A stretch of DNA of 64,000 nucleotides from Hamiltosporidium tvaerminnensis FI-OER-3-3 (GCA_022605425.2 CM061252.1:1-64000); one strand, 5' to 3'. Positions 40,459 to 52,934 are shown, counted from the first letter of the stretch. The notes: generated by a model from the sequence alone, not told the origin. Numbers and translations: made by a program.

Positions 40459-41709
40459 TTATTCAACTTTCTTCATTTCACTTTCAATCAAACAAAGTCT
40501 CTCTACCAACGTAGGATGAGAATGGTAATAAACAGAATACCAATTATCAGGACACAAATTACTTTTATTTTCCTTATGTATTTTAATAAGTCCATTTTTT
40601 AAACTTTCTCCAAATCCTTTTTTTACTGCAAAAACATCTGCCTGTCTTTCCATTACTCTTGTAAAATAATTCTGTAAAGGTGTTAAAACAATACCAAGGA
40701 AATTAGAAATAAAACTAAAATAAATCAATGTTACAATCATTGGAACATTTGTAGTTTTAAAAACCATTTCATTAAATTTTGTATCTTTAACTACAAAATT
40801 AAAAGCATAAATATAAAAAAATTGCATAAACAATCCAAATAGAATTTGTTTCAATGTATGAGAAAAATGCCAATGACCAAACTCATGTGCCAATACAGCA
40901 ACTATTTCATCTTCATTTAACTGAGATAAAAGTGTATCATACAATACAACTCTCTTTTCTTTTGTAATACCAACAAAATATGCATTAGAATGTCCACTTC
41001 TTTTAGATCCGTCCACAGTCAAAATCTTTTTTGCTTTAAATCCTACTTCTTCTGCCAATTTTTCAATTTTAGATTTTAAATCCCCTTCAGGAAGTTCTTG
41101 AAATTTATTAAAAAGTGGTTGAATTAAAATAGGATATGCAATAACCATTATAAGTTGAAAAACAGAAAGAAATGTCCATAAATATAAATAAAAAGATTTA
41201 GGAAATAAATCAATTATATAAAGCATACCATATACAACAAATCCAATCAACACAATAATAATAATTGTACTTTTTAAAAAATCCATAAAAAATATTTTTA
41301 AGGTACTTTTGTTAAACCCATGTTTCTCTTCAATATAGAAAGTATAAAACAAATCCATTGGTAATTCTAAAATACGAGAAATATTTATAACAAAAATCAT
41401 ATAAATTACCTGTTGAATTACAGATTTCAAACCTGGAAAAGTACTTTCTAAATAGAAATATAAACCAAGAAGTAAACTCCATTTTACTACAAAAATATTT
41501 CTTAAATATCCTATTATTTCATTGAAAATAGAAAAATACAATTTGTCTGAATTATACAATTTCATTTTTTCAAATTCTTCATCTGTTACTATTTTTTTTG
41601 TCATATCTGTTTGTTCAGATGTTATAAGTTTTGAAAGTTGTCTTGCTTTTAAAATTATTTCTACGTTGAAAGAAATAAAAAATCCTATTAGAATTGTTTT
41701 ATCTAACAT
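40459..41709 (-). CDS. STE24: CAAX prenyl protease 1 (Ste24/ZMPSTE24, peptidase M48)
   Basis: 416 aa; HEFGH zinc motif, DGSKRSGHSNAYF, ERQAD, HSHPTLVERL; upstream caacccATG. Confidence 0.96.
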   Translation of the reverse strand: MLDKTILIGFFISFNVEIILKARQLSKLITSEQTDMTKKIVTDEEFEKMKLYNSDKLYFSIFNEIIGYLRNIFVVKWSLLLGLYFYLESTFPGLKSVIQQVIYMIFVINISRILELPMDLFYTFYIEEKHGFNKSTLKIFFMDFLKSTIIIIVLIGFVVYGMLYIIDLFPKSFYLYLWTFLSVFQLIMVIAYPILIQPLFNKFQELPEGDLKSKIEKLAEEVGFKAKKILTVDGSKRSGHSNAYFVGITKEKRVVLYDTLLSQLNEDEIVAVLAHEFGHWHFSHTLKQILFGLFMQFFYIYAFNFVVKDTKFNEMVFKTTNVPMIVTLIYFSFISNFLGIVLTPLQNYFTRVMERQADVFAVKKGFGESLKNGLIKIHKENKSNLCPDNWYSVYYHSHPTLVERLCLIESEMKKVE

Positions 41710-41740
41710 GGGTTGATATTTAGGGTAAAATAAATAAATA

Positions 41741-42192
41741 AAAAATTAAGGGTTTTGATTTGAAGGGATATGGGTAGAAGAAATTTAATTTAAATAGAGA
41801 AGTGATATTTAAAAATTAAGGGTTTTGATTTGAAGGGATATGGGTAGAAGAAATTTAATTTAAATAGAGAAGTGATATTTAAAAATTAAGGGTTTTGATT
41901 TGAAGGGATATGGGTAGAAGAAATTTAATTTAAATAGAGAAGTGATATTTAAAAATTAAGGGTTTTGATTTGAAGGGATATGGGTAGAAGAAATTTAATT
42001 TAAATAGAGAAGTGATATTTAAAAATTAAGGGTTTTGATTTGAAGGGATATGGGTAGAAGAAATTTAATTTAAATAGAGAAGTGATATTTAAAAATTAAG
42101 GGTTTTGATTTGAAGGGATATGGGTAGAAGAAATTTAATTTAAATAGAGAAGTGATATTTAAAAATTAAGGGTTTTGATTTGAAGGGATATG
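41741..42192. repeat. Tandem repeat, 70-bp unit x~6.5, directly upstream of STE24 (a further ~60-bp duplicated unit follows to ~42350)
   Basis: Perfect copies of aaaaattaagggttttgatttgaagggatatgggtagaagaaatttaatttaaatagagaagtgatattt. Confidence 0.97.
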
Positions 42193-44931
42193 GTATGGAA
42201 GGGATAGAAGGGAATAATTTAATTTAAAAAAATAAATATAATTTAAGAGTAGATGGGATGGAAAGGATAGAAGGGAATAATTTAATTTAAAAAAATAAAT
42301 ATAATTTAAGAGTAGATGGTATGGAAGGACAGAAGGGAATAATTTAATTTTTATAAAGTTTAGAAGATAAAAAAGGGTGGAAGGAAGGGAATTTTAAAGT
42401 TATATTTAAAAGAAACATAATTTAATTTTATAATGGATATTGGTAGATGCAATTAAATTTAATTTAAAAAAGTGTTATTTAAAAGAGTTTATAGAATAGA
42501 AACGTAATTCGGTTTGAAAATGGAATGGAAAATTTTAATGTAAGAATTTCTAAAACTATTATACTTTATTGAATAACAAGAGAGAAATTCTTTCACAAAA
42601 AAATTTAATAAAAAAAATAATTGAATTGAATTATTGACAAAATAAGAAAAATAATTATATTTAAAACTTGAAATGAACACTAGATTGGAATGGAGAAAAA
42701 GGAATTTACGTATATTAGTTTGTAAAAATATATATATTTTTAATTTATAATTGATTCTATTCAAATATGATTTACGTTGAATTCAATTATTGTATAGCTA
42801 TCAGTAATTTTATATTTTAATTATACTTTGTTTTAATAGACACCATAATGAAGAGTTTAGTATACAATATACATCCCTCAAATAAATATAAATTCAAGTC
42901 TTCAAAACGAAATGGTGGAATATTTATGCAGAAATCCTTAAGGTATTCAGAAGTAAGTGTTTATATTCGAATAAATATTATTATTAAAATATGGAATAAT
43001 AACAGGATTATTTTGTGGTAAAATCAAGTAAGAAAGTAAAAAGATGGTTTTATTTTCTTGAAAAAGATACCCCTTGAATTATTGAAACATGAATTAACAA
43101 AGTATGATTTTACTAGCCAATGAGTTGGGTCTTATTTATAAGTTTATTATAGACATAAATTCACTTAAATTTTAGTCTTCGGATTATATTTACTTCATTA
43201 AAATGTCTCGAGAGTTAAAAAAACATTGGAATTTACAAACAAATTTCTTTGTATTTCTCATATCTTTTGACTATTTTATGATAAAATTTTAAGAGTTTAT
43301 CTAAAAGTGTTTAAAAAAGGAGATTTTTGAGAAAAAATTTACAAAAGAAAAAGTTTTAAATTTATTTTTATAATTTTATAAGAGTCTTCCATCTTAAGAA
43401 TTTATTACTTCTTAAAAATTATTCGAAAATTTATTTTCACTTTTTTTACTTTAATAAACCTTATAACCAAATGTTAACTGAAACGAAACAAAAAATATTT
43501 ACAAATGTATTTTTATAACTAAACTATCAAAGTTTTTATTAATAATCTATAATAGTAAATGTAATTCATACTACATAGAGGTACAAGAGGAATGGAATAA
43601 CTAAGTATTAATTTATTTTTTTTTGATTTAAAACGTTTCATTTATTCTACCAAAAACAAAATTAGTGACGAGTCAAACAACTAATATTCTGACTAGACTG
43701 GTGACTTTATTTGGAAACACTTACCTAGATGATATTATAAGTAAATATTATAAACTTAAATTTAAAAAAATTACAAAAAAAATACAAATTTAGGTACAAA
43801 TTCATATGAAAATAAACTTTAAATTTAAAAATTATAAAATAAATACAAATTTAGGTACAAATTCATATGAAAATATCAAAAAAAAATGTGAATTATTTTT
43901 TATTTTTCTTAAAATAGTAATGTAATTAAAAAAACACCAAATTTTAACAAAATAAGGATTTCTATATATGTCATAGAAAGAGATTAGAGACACTAAAACC
44001 TTATACTTCTATAACACATAGAAGATAATGAGGTAAGAAGTATTAAAAAAACAAAAATTAAAGTTATTTATTTGTAAAGTATGAAATAATCAAAATGAAA
44101 GTTTTTATAGAAATATTGAAAAAACAAGTGACTAATATAAAAGAAGAGACTAATACAACTCGAGGGATGGTAAGAAGAACAGACAAAATAGTAAGAAATA
44201 AGTCAGTATTTAAAAATTTTTATTTTACTGATTATTTATTTTGTAAGAATAGCTATAAAATTCCCTTTCTTCTTATCTTATAAATATTATTTTTATTGTA
44301 TTATTGTATTTACGTTCAGAAATTGATTATAAATTATTTTAGTATTTCAAACAGAAAAAAATAAAAAAAGATGTTTTTTTTCTTTATTTTTTTATTCTTT
44401 TATCAAAAAATAAAATAATTATTAAATATACAATCTCTATTTCAATAAATTTATCATATTTAATTTTCTATCTAAAATAAATATATTTATGTATCAAAGA
44501 CTAAAGAAATTATTTTAATTATAAAAAATTTAGAGGTTTTTAAAGACCATAGTGTCTCATATCTAATTAGTTTGTATTTATTCTTTTGATGAACTTTTTT
44601 TAAATATTATTTTAAGTCTAAATAATTCTTAAAATAAAAGACTTTTAAATTGAATTATTAAGTAATCTATAAGTGATATATTAGTGATTAAATATAATAA
44701 TGTATAAGTAATCTGTTAGTAATTAATATTTAATTCAATAGAATAATGTAAAAGTAATTCATAAGTAATCTATAAGTTTTTACTTATAGAATAAAATAAA
44801 AAGTAATTCATAAGAATACAATAAGAATTATAAGTAATTCATAAGTAATCTAGAAGTAATCTATAAAGTAATGTAAAAGTAGAGAAATTTAAAAAATATA
44901 AACTTTAATCAAAAACAAGAAATACAAAGAA

Positions 44932-45285
44932 TTATAGTTTAAACGGTTTATCTCTTGGATAATAAACTCTTCCATTTTGTTCAATTTTATTAATAAATTC
45001 ATCTGGTAGTATTCCATCAACAGTTATAGCATATAACCCAGGTTTATAAGAATTTATTCTTTGCCATTTTGCTACCCAACTTTTTTCTGGTTTCAATGTT
45101 CCAATCATTCCTTTATAACGGTCACTGACACATTCTATAACGTTTTCGTGGTTGTTTTTTAAATTTAAAAATTCGCAATTCTCACATCCGTCTCTTCTAA
45201 ATAGATTTGATTGTTTTATTTGTGAACAGTTCATACACGCTTTTAGTTTTTGTTTTCTTGTTGGTGGAGCACGATTTGTCTGCAT
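44932..45285 (-). CDS. SPT4: Transcription elongation factor Spt4
   Basis: 117 aa; zinc ribbon ACMNC...DGCENC, SWVAKWQRI, PGLYAI.V.G.LP; upstream cccttcaATG. Confidence 0.96.
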   Translation of the reverse strand: MQTNRAPPTRKQKLKACMNCSQIKQSNLFRRDGCENCEFLNLKNNHENVIECVSDRYKGMIGTLKPEKSWVAKWQRINSYKPGLYAITVDGILPDEFINKIEQNGRVYYPRDKPFKL

Positions 45286-45286
45286 T

Positions 45287-45930
45287 GAAGGGTGTTAATA
45301 TCAATGATTTTTAAAGGAGAAAGTAATAGGTGTTATTTTATAGTAGTAATGATATAGGGGTGTTAATATCAATGATTTTTAAAGGAGAAAGTAATAGGTG
45401 TTATTTTATAGTAGTAATGATATAGGGGTGTTAATATCAAAGATGTGTGTAAGAGGTGTTAGTATGACAACTTGTTAATTAAAGGGGGTATAATTAAAAT
45501 GTTATTAAGGGGTATTAAATAAATACATATGAATAAAGGGTGTTTTTTATTATACCAATAATTAAAAGGGTGTTTTTTATAATACCAATTCATAAAGGGT
45601 ATTAATGAGATTACTTATAATTAAAAGGGTGTTAATAACACTACAGTTAATAAGAGGGTGTTAATAATAATATATATCAATAAAAGGGTGTTAATAAGAT
45701 TTCTTATAATTAAAGGGTGTTAATAAGACTACAGTTAATAAGAGGGTATTAATAATAATATATATAATTAAAAGGGTGTTAATAAGATTACTTATAATTA
45801 AAGGGTGTTAATAACACTACCGTTTATAAGAGGGTGTTAATAATAATATATATCAATAAAAGGGTGTTAATAAGATTTCTTATAATTAAAGGGTGTTAAT
45901 AACCCTACTGTTAATAAAAGGTGTTAATAT
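45287..45930. repeat. GGGTGTTAATA-motif repeat array in the divergent SPT4-PIS1 spacer
   Basis: About 20 copies of aagggtgttaata-like cores in ~30-bp units, plus a 68-bp duplication at the start. Confidence 0.9.
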
Positions 45931-46034
45931 CAGCATCTTTTATTAGAACTCCTATTCAAACCCTTTATTTATGTTACCTAATCAAATCCCTTTTCTACTT
46001 AAAAAATTTAAAAATATTTTTTTTAAAAAAACCC

Positions 46035-46619
46035 ATGAAATATTCCGCATTATTTTTTATTCCCAATTTAATTTGTTATCTAAGATTTATTTTATTAATT
46101 GTAGCAATATTCTTTGAAAAAAGTACTTTTATATTATTTTACAGTATTTCTGCTATTCTTGATGCATTAGATGGTTACTCAGCAAGAAAACTTAACCAAT
46201 GCACATTACTAGGTTCTATACTTGACATGGCAATAGACAGAATATCAACAGTAATAATACTTATAAAAATAGGTAATAATATACCTACTCTAACACCATA
46301 TCTAAGTGTATGTATTAGTATAGATTTATTATCTCATTTTTTACATTTTAGTTCTTCTTTACTTCAAAGTATTCATCATAAAAGTTGTAAATCTAAAATT
46401 TTAGAAATTTATTATCGAAGACGTATTTTATTTTTAATTTGTTTTTTTGTTGAAATGTTTTATATTTGTTGTTATTGTACTTCATTTATAAGTCGAATGT
46501 ATTTTTTTTGTATTTTTTTTGGTATTTTTTGGATTTTAAAAACTTTTTTACATTTTATTCAAATGATAAATGCATTAAAAGAATTGGCAATAATAAGTAA
46601 GCAGAAGAAAAAGAAGTAG
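46035..46619 (+). CDS. PIS1: Phosphatidylinositol synthase (CDP-alcohol phosphatidyltransferase)
   Basis: FIPNLICYLR and DALDGYSARKLNQCTLLGSILDMAIDR (DxxDGxxAR...GxxxDxxxD). Start moved from the track's 45921 to the ATG in aaacccATG at 46035 (194 aa). Confidence 0.92.
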   Translation: MKYSALFFIPNLICYLRFILLIVAIFFEKSTFILFYSISAILDALDGYSARKLNQCTLLGSILDMAIDRISTVIILIKIGNNIPTLTPYLSVCISIDLLSHFLHFSSSLLQSIHHKSCKSKILEIYYRRRILFLICFFVEMFYICCYCTSFISRMYFFCIFFGIFWILKTFLHFIQMINALKELAIISKQKKKK

Positions 46620-46679
46620 AATGTAATTAAAGAGTGGTAGTTGTAATTAAGTATTAGCATTGGTATTAAAATTTAAGTA

Positions 46680-46866
46680 ATTGATTAGTATTAGTAATTA
46701 ATTATTAGTATTAGTATTAGTATTTAAGTAATTGATTAGTATGTATTAGTATTGGTATTTAAGTATTAGTATTAAAGTATTAGTATCTATTAGTATTTAA
46801 GTATTGGTATTAGTATTAGTATCTATTAGTATTAGTATTTATGTATTAGTATTAGTATTAGTATTA
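46680..46866. repeat. (TATTAG)n degenerate microsatellite
   Basis: Many tattag/tattgg units downstream of PIS1. Confidence 0.85.
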
Positions 46867-47204
46867 AAGGGTAAATAATTAATTCTTTTGGTTAAAAATT
46901 AATATTTTTTTTAAGTCAAGTTTGTAGTAATAAAATTCTTTTTTAAATAATTTATTTATATTTTATATTCATTTAATATTTTAAATATTTAAATGTTTAA
47001 ATTATTAGAATTCATATATTTTTTATACTTTTTAATAATTTATTTATATTTAAATATTTAAAATATTTTAATTCTAAGTGTTTATTTCTGTAGATTTATT
47101 TTTTAGAAATAATTATAAGAAATAATTTTTAGAAAATTAAAGTTTTTTTTAATTTTTAATAAATAAATCTACAGAAATAAAAATATCAAGAATATAAAAT
47201 ATTT

Positions 47205-47793
47205 TACTTTTTATATTTTCTATAAAAAATATTTCTACTGTCTGATACATGATAAACTAATTTAAACTTATTAATACTTTCTAACTCTTTATTCATTGTA
47301 CTGTTAATTCTTTGACTGATAAACAGTTCATTTTACCATCTAATGTAACAATCTTTTTCTTATGTAATTTAATATTTTTACTTTCTATTTTACTCTCTGT
47401 TTTACTATTTAATTTAATATTTTTACTTTCTATTTTACTTTCTATTTTACTTTCTATATTACTCTCTATTTTACTCTCTATTTTACATTCTATTCTAAAA
47501 TTCTGTTTACTATTTAATTTACTCTCTATTCTAAAATTCTGTTTACTATCCATCGTACTTTCCATTTTACTATCCATCGCACTTTTCATCGTACTTTCTA
47601 TTCTAAAATTCTGTTTACTATCCATCGTACTACCCATTTTACAATCATCGCACTTTCTATTGATATTTTATTATGTAATTTATATTGTAGTAATGGTAAC
47701 TCACCTGATGTATAACAAGTAGAATGAATTTTTGGTTGTGTCGTTCTATTTACTTTGTATGGTTTATAATTCTTTCTCTTTTTGTATATACAT
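47205..47793 (-). pseudogene. Possible small frameshifted ORF with 12-bp (ESKI/DSKM) repeats
   Basis: An open frame RKNYKPYKV...KISIESAM joins the track ORF 47637-47293 if one base is restored (IESAMDCKMGSTMDSK matches the repeat register). No recognisable homology. Confidence 0.25.
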
Positions 47794-48831
47794 AGTATTT
47801 TTATAAAAAAAAACGTTTTATTGGTAAAGAAAATATTAAGGTAATATTTATTGAGAGATAGTTAAGGATATATGTATTTAATTCTTATAGTATTGTTTTA
47901 GGTTTTTTTAATTAGAGGTTGGGATATATTTTATATGTATTTAACCGATTGTAGATTATAAATTTGTTATTTTTCAGGTAATTTTTAATTTGATTTTTTG
48001 ATTAAATTAATAAATTTATTATTGTTTGTTTAGAAGAAATTTAATTTATGTGTTTAAATGTATTTTGGTTATGTGTTTAATAAATCTTACTATTTTTTTT
48101 TTAATTAAATTTAAGAATTAAAATTTTTTTTTAAACTAAATAATTAATTAATAATTTGCATGAAAATAGCATGAATTTGTTTAATTGTTAAATTTAATAA
48201 TTAATTAATAATTTGCATGAAAATAGCATGAATTTGTTTAATTGTTAAATTTAATAATTTTTTTTTATAAAGTATATAAAATATCACATATTAAAAAGTA
48301 AGACATAGTGTTATCATCATATAAAATCATTAATTTTATATTTTATTTTTCAAACCTCTAATCAACTATAATCTTAATCACATTATTGAATATTATAATT
48401 ACCTACATTTACATCAATACGTACCTTTTAATAACCTTATATTACTTCTAATAATCTACATAGATTCACTTCTCTAATCTCTTATATAATATCTATATAA
48501 CTACTCCCTCTAATTAAATATAAAATACCTCTCCAATTACTTTAAAATATTCCTCCTATTAATTACTCTTTACTCTTCTCTATTCCTCATATTCATTACA
48601 CATTAAATTTACTTTTCTCTATCTCTTATTAATTACTCTTTCCTCTTCTCTATTCCTCATATTCATTACACATTACATTATCTTACTCTTTTCTCTATTT
48701 CTCTTATAAATAACCTCTCTATTTCTCATATTCATTACTCATTACATTACACATTACATTATCTTACTCTTTTCTCTATTTCTCTTCTTTTTAAAAATCC
48801 TTTAAAATATTTCTATTTCCTACCCTTTATA

Positions 48832-50391
48832 ATGGCCCGTTCCTACATGTTTGAAAACAAAACAGTAGAAGCTCGTAGAAAGCAAAGAGAAGAGCAACAA
48901 GTAGAATTAAGACAACAACGTAGAGAAGATCTTTTAAATAAAAAACGTTCAATGGTTTCTAAGGACACTGCACCACAAATAGCAAATTTAAAAGAAATGA
49001 AATCCAAAGTACTAAGCAACGATCCAAATATCGTTTTTCAAGGTGTTTTTGAATTTCGAACGGTTCTTTCTGTAGAAAAGTCACCACCGATCCAAGCAGT
49101 AATAGATTCTGGTCTTGTTCCTCGATTTGTCGAACTTCTCAGTACTTCGTGTAATATTTATCAGGATCCTTCTACTGATTTGACAACCAATACTCGGTTA
49201 GAGAGTGCGTGGGTTCTTACCAACATTTCCAGTGGTACAACTGAACAGACATCTCATGTGGTAGACTGTGGTGCTATACCTCTGTTACTTGAAATGATTA
49301 ACGAACCAAGTTCTGAACTCATAGATCAAGGAATCTGGGCACTTGGAAATATAGCAGGTGATTCTGAGGCAATGAGAGACAGTATTATTAATTCTAACGC
49401 TACTCCCACCATTCTTTCTTTTATTTCTGATCTTCTTCATTCTAAAGATCATTTAAAAATACTTAGAAATGCTACTTGGCTTCTCTCCAACCTAAACCGA
49501 GGTAGAAACCCTCCTCCTCCTCTCCCACACATGAAATCCTGTATACCCGTCATATCTCTACTCACCACACACACAGACCCAGAAGTAGTAACTGATTCTT
49601 TTTGGGCAGCCAGTTATGTCTGTGACGCAGATATTTCTACCACCGATCTAATTTTAAGTACAGAAATACCAAATCGTGCAATTTTACTTTTAAAAAATAT
49701 AATAAATAAACTTTCTAATACAGACAGTACATCTTCATACAACGATAATTCTTTATATAAAATAGCCATGCATTCTATATCTCCAGTGATAAGAATGTTA
49801 GGAAATATTTTGACAGGTACAGATGAACAAACCAATTATCTTTTAGATATGGAAATATTAACAATATTTAAAGATTTACTAATTTTATATCAAGAACCTT
49901 CTAAACAAAGTAGACTTCGTAAAGAAATATGTTGGTCAATTTCTAATATAACAGCAGGTACAGAAAAACAAGTAGAAAGAGTTTTTGAAAGTAAAATAAT
50001 TCCTATTTTAATTGATATTTTAAATTATAGTGAGTTATATGTTAGAATAGAAGCTTGTTATGCTATTACTAACTCTTTAAGTTATTGTAATACGAGATAT
50101 GAACATTTAGAGATTTTATTAGAAAATAATTTTTTAGAAAGTTTAAAAGATTTATTGATGGTTGTTTCTAATTTAGTAGAAGTTCAGGTTAATATATTGA
50201 ATGGGTTTAAAATGGCTTTAGAAGGGTGTAGAGCTAAGTATAAGAAGTATGGTAATAATCCTGTGGCTAATAGGATGGAAGAGATAGGGTTGGTAGGTGT
50301 TATTGAGGAGTTACAGGATAGTGGGGATGCTAGTGTTAGTGATAAGGCTTATAATATAATTGTTGAGTATTTTAACGGTGAGGAGATATAG
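48832..50391 (+). CDS. SRP1: Importin alpha (karyopherin alpha)
   Basis: 519 aa; IBB domain (RRKQREEQQVELRQQRREDLLNKKR), PPIQAVIDSG, ARM repeats (ESAWVLTNISSG, WALGNIAGD, RNATWLLSNL, RKEICWSISNITAG). Confidence 0.96.
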   Translation: MARSYMFENKTVEARRKQREEQQVELRQQRREDLLNKKRSMVSKDTAPQIANLKEMKSKVLSNDPNIVFQGVFEFRTVLSVEKSPPIQAVIDSGLVPRFVELLSTSCNIYQDPSTDLTTNTRLESAWVLTNISSGTTEQTSHVVDCGAIPLLLEMINEPSSELIDQGIWALGNIAGDSEAMRDSIINSNATPTILSFISDLLHSKDHLKILRNATWLLSNLNRGRNPPPPLPHMKSCIPVISLLTTHTDPEVVTDSFWAASYVCDADISTTDLILSTEIPNRAILLLKNIINKLSNTDSTSSYNDNSLYKIAMHSISPVIRMLGNILTGTDEQTNYLLDMEILTIFKDLLILYQEPSKQSRLRKEICWSISNITAGTEKQVERVFESKIIPILIDILNYSELYVRIEACYAITNSLSYCNTRYEHLEILLENNFLESLKDLLMVVSNLVEVQVNILNGFKMALEGCRAKYKKYGNNPVANRMEEIGLVGVIEELQDSGDASVSDKAYNIIVEYFNGEEI

Positions 50392-50399
50392 AGAGATGT

Positions 50400-51660
50400 T
50401 AAAGGAGATATGAGGGTGTTATAGGATAGTAGTTATAAATGGGATTAGAGGGTGTTAGTAGGTAGTAGTTATATTAGAAGTTAAGAGGGTGTTAGTTATA
50501 AGGTAGTAGTTATATATGGGATTAGAGGGTGTTATAGGATAGTAGTTATATATGGGATTAGAGTGTGTTATAGGATAGTAGTTATATTAGAAGTTAAGAG
50601 GGTGTTATAGGATAGTAGTTATATTAGAAGTTAAGAGGGTGTTATAGGATAGTAGTTATATATGGGATTAGAGTGTGTTATAGGATAGTAGTTATATTAG
50701 AAGTTAAGAGGGTGTTATAGGATAGTAGTTATATATGGGATTAGAGTGTGTTAGTTATAAGATAGTTTTTAATAAGATGATAAGAGGATGTTAGTTATAA
50801 GGTTAGTTTAAAGAAAATAAGAGGGTGTTATTAGTATGGTAGTTATATAGGAGATAAGAGGGTGTTAGTTATAAGGATAGTTATAAAGAAGATAAGAGGG
50901 TGTTAGTTATAAGGATAGTTATAAAGAAGATAAGAGGGTGTTATTAGTATGGTAGTTATATTAGAAGATAAGAGGGTGTTATTAGGTAGTAGTTATATAA
51001 GTGTTGTTTAAAAGGGTTTTCTTTATGTTTTAATTAAAGTAGCTTTGTGTTGATTTAAAACCTTTTATTTGATAAGTATGTGTATTAAAGAGTGTTACTT
51101 ATAAGAGTTTATAAATAACACCTTTAGTTGATATCGTTAATTTTAATAGTAATTAACACCCTTTTAACAATTAATATTATTTATCATTGTTTAACACCTT
51201 GTTAACACTTATTATCTATTCATATAATTTAACACCCTTTTAATCCTAATACTATTTATTTTTATTTAACCCCCTATTAACTCTTATTATCTAATTATTA
51301 CTGTTTAACACCCTGTTAACCCTTAATACTATTTATTTTTATTTAACCCCCTTTTAACCCTTAATACTATTTATTATTATTTAACACCCTGTTAACCCTT
51401 AATACTATTTAGTATTATTTAACACCCTGTTAACTCTTAATACTATTTAGTAGTAATTAACACCCTTTCAACACTTAATACTATTTAGTATTATTTAACA
51501 CCCTGTTAACCCTTAATACTATTTAGTATTAATTAACACCCTGTTAACAATTAATACTATTTATTTTTATTTAAAACCCTTTCAACACTTAATACTATTT
51601 ATTTTTATTTAACCCCCTGTTAACTCTTATTATATATTATAATTTAACACCCCTAATACG
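50400..51660. repeat. Bipartite repeat spacer: GAGGGTGTTA units (50400-51000), then TTAACACCC/ttaacaccctgttaa units (51150-51660)
   Basis: Directly visible ~30-35 bp units, with the orientation switch near 51100. Confidence 0.9.
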
Positions 51661-51757
51661 TTACCATATTCCCTATCATATCGTATCCTAACCCTTCCCT
51701 AACCCTAATATTATGCATAAAACAACCCTTCCTTTTCTTTAATTTCTAAAATAAAAG

Positions 51758-52930
51758 ATGCAAATACACCGATTACCATTTAAATCACAAAAGATTTCAA
51801 ACCTTACAGAATATCACCTTTCAAATCCCACATTTAAAAGGTCAAAACAAATACACGAATCACTTGTTTTTTCTTTTTATAAAAAAATTTGTATTTCTAC
51901 TGATTTATGTGGATTTAAGTTTTTAAGTAAGTGTAGTGTTGTTAGTAAAGGGGGTGGTGTTATAGGAAGTGTTTATGTTCCTTTCTATGATTCTAAGTAC
52001 TCAATACTTAAAGGGGTGGAGAATGTATCAAAGGATATGAATAAATTAAAGGATATGGATATAGTAGAGGGTAAGTTAGAGGGTGTTAGTGATAAGGGTA
52101 GAGTAGAGGGTGTTAATAATACTGATAATGTAGAGGGTGTTAATAATACTGATAGTGATCAGGGTAGAGTAGAGGATATTAATAAGGGTGTTAATAATAA
52201 GGGTAGTATGGTGGGTGTTAATAATACGGATAGTGATCAGGGTAGAGTAGAGGATATTAATAAGGGTGTTAATAATAAGGGTAACAATAGTAAGAGATTA
52301 AAGGGTGGTAATACTAATAATAATAATAATAAGAGTGTTAATAAGGGTAAAGGAGAGGGTGTTAATAACAATACTAATGAACAACAGGGTGTTAATAACA
52401 ATACTAATAAGCAACAGGGTGTTAATAACAATACTAATGAACAACAGGGTGTTAACATCAGTACTGATAAAAAAAACACTGTTAACAATCTATCTAATAA
52501 ACAACAGGGTGTTAATAACACTACCAATAAACAAAACCCTGTTAACAATCTATATAATAAAAAAAACCCTGTTAACAATCTATCTAATAAACAAAACCCT
52601 GTTAACAATCTATCTAATGATAACCCCTTTATAACTAATGGCTTAAAAGATAAGTTAAATGTCTTAAATATTGATAATTTTAAAGAATTTATATATTTCT
52701 ATACGTTACTTATAAGAGTACCTCTTCCTTTTATATTTATACCTGAATGTTCTATTAAAGAGGTACAAGACTGTTTATCAGTATTTGAGTGTAATAGTAT
52801 CGGTATGTGTGATAAGGGTGTTATTATATGTGAACCTTATGTTATGAATAGCTTAGGGTTTGGGTTTATGGTTGATAGTGTTATTTATATGGAGGGGGTT
52901 GTTAGTGTGTTATTTGGGTTTGTTATATAG
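51758..52930 (+). CDS. Hypothetical protein with a central ~200-aa GVNN/PVNN repeat insertion
   Basis: 390-aa ORF with normal-complexity N- and C-terminal parts; no family recognised with confidence. Confidence 0.7.
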   Translation: MQIHRLPFKSQKISNLTEYHLSNPTFKRSKQIHESLVFSFYKKICISTDLCGFKFLSKCSVVSKGGGVIGSVYVPFYDSKYSILKGVENVSKDMNKLKDMDIVEGKLEGVSDKGRVEGVNNTDNVEGVNNTDSDQGRVEDINKGVNNKGSMVGVNNTDSDQGRVEDINKGVNNKGNNSKRLKGGNTNNNNNKSVNKGKGEGVNNNTNEQQGVNNNTNKQQGVNNNTNEQQGVNISTDKKNTVNNLSNKQQGVNNTTNKQNPVNNLYNKKNPVNNLSNKQNPVNNLSNDNPFITNGLKDKLNVLNIDNFKEFIYFYTLLIRVPLPFIFIPECSIKEVQDCLSVFECNSIGMCDKGVIICEPYVMNSLGFGFMVDSVIYMEGVVSVLFGFVI

Positions 52931-52934
52931 ATAA

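Noticed and set aside
45921-46034. N-terminal extension of PIS1 given by the ORF track
   Set aside because: It starts at GTG inside the repeat array. The CCC-preceded ATG at 46035 matches the expected protein start.
31841-50391. Functional clustering (PIS1 with PIG-V; DBP5 with importin alpha)
   Set aside because: The genes are interspersed with unrelated ones and there is no evidence of co-regulation.
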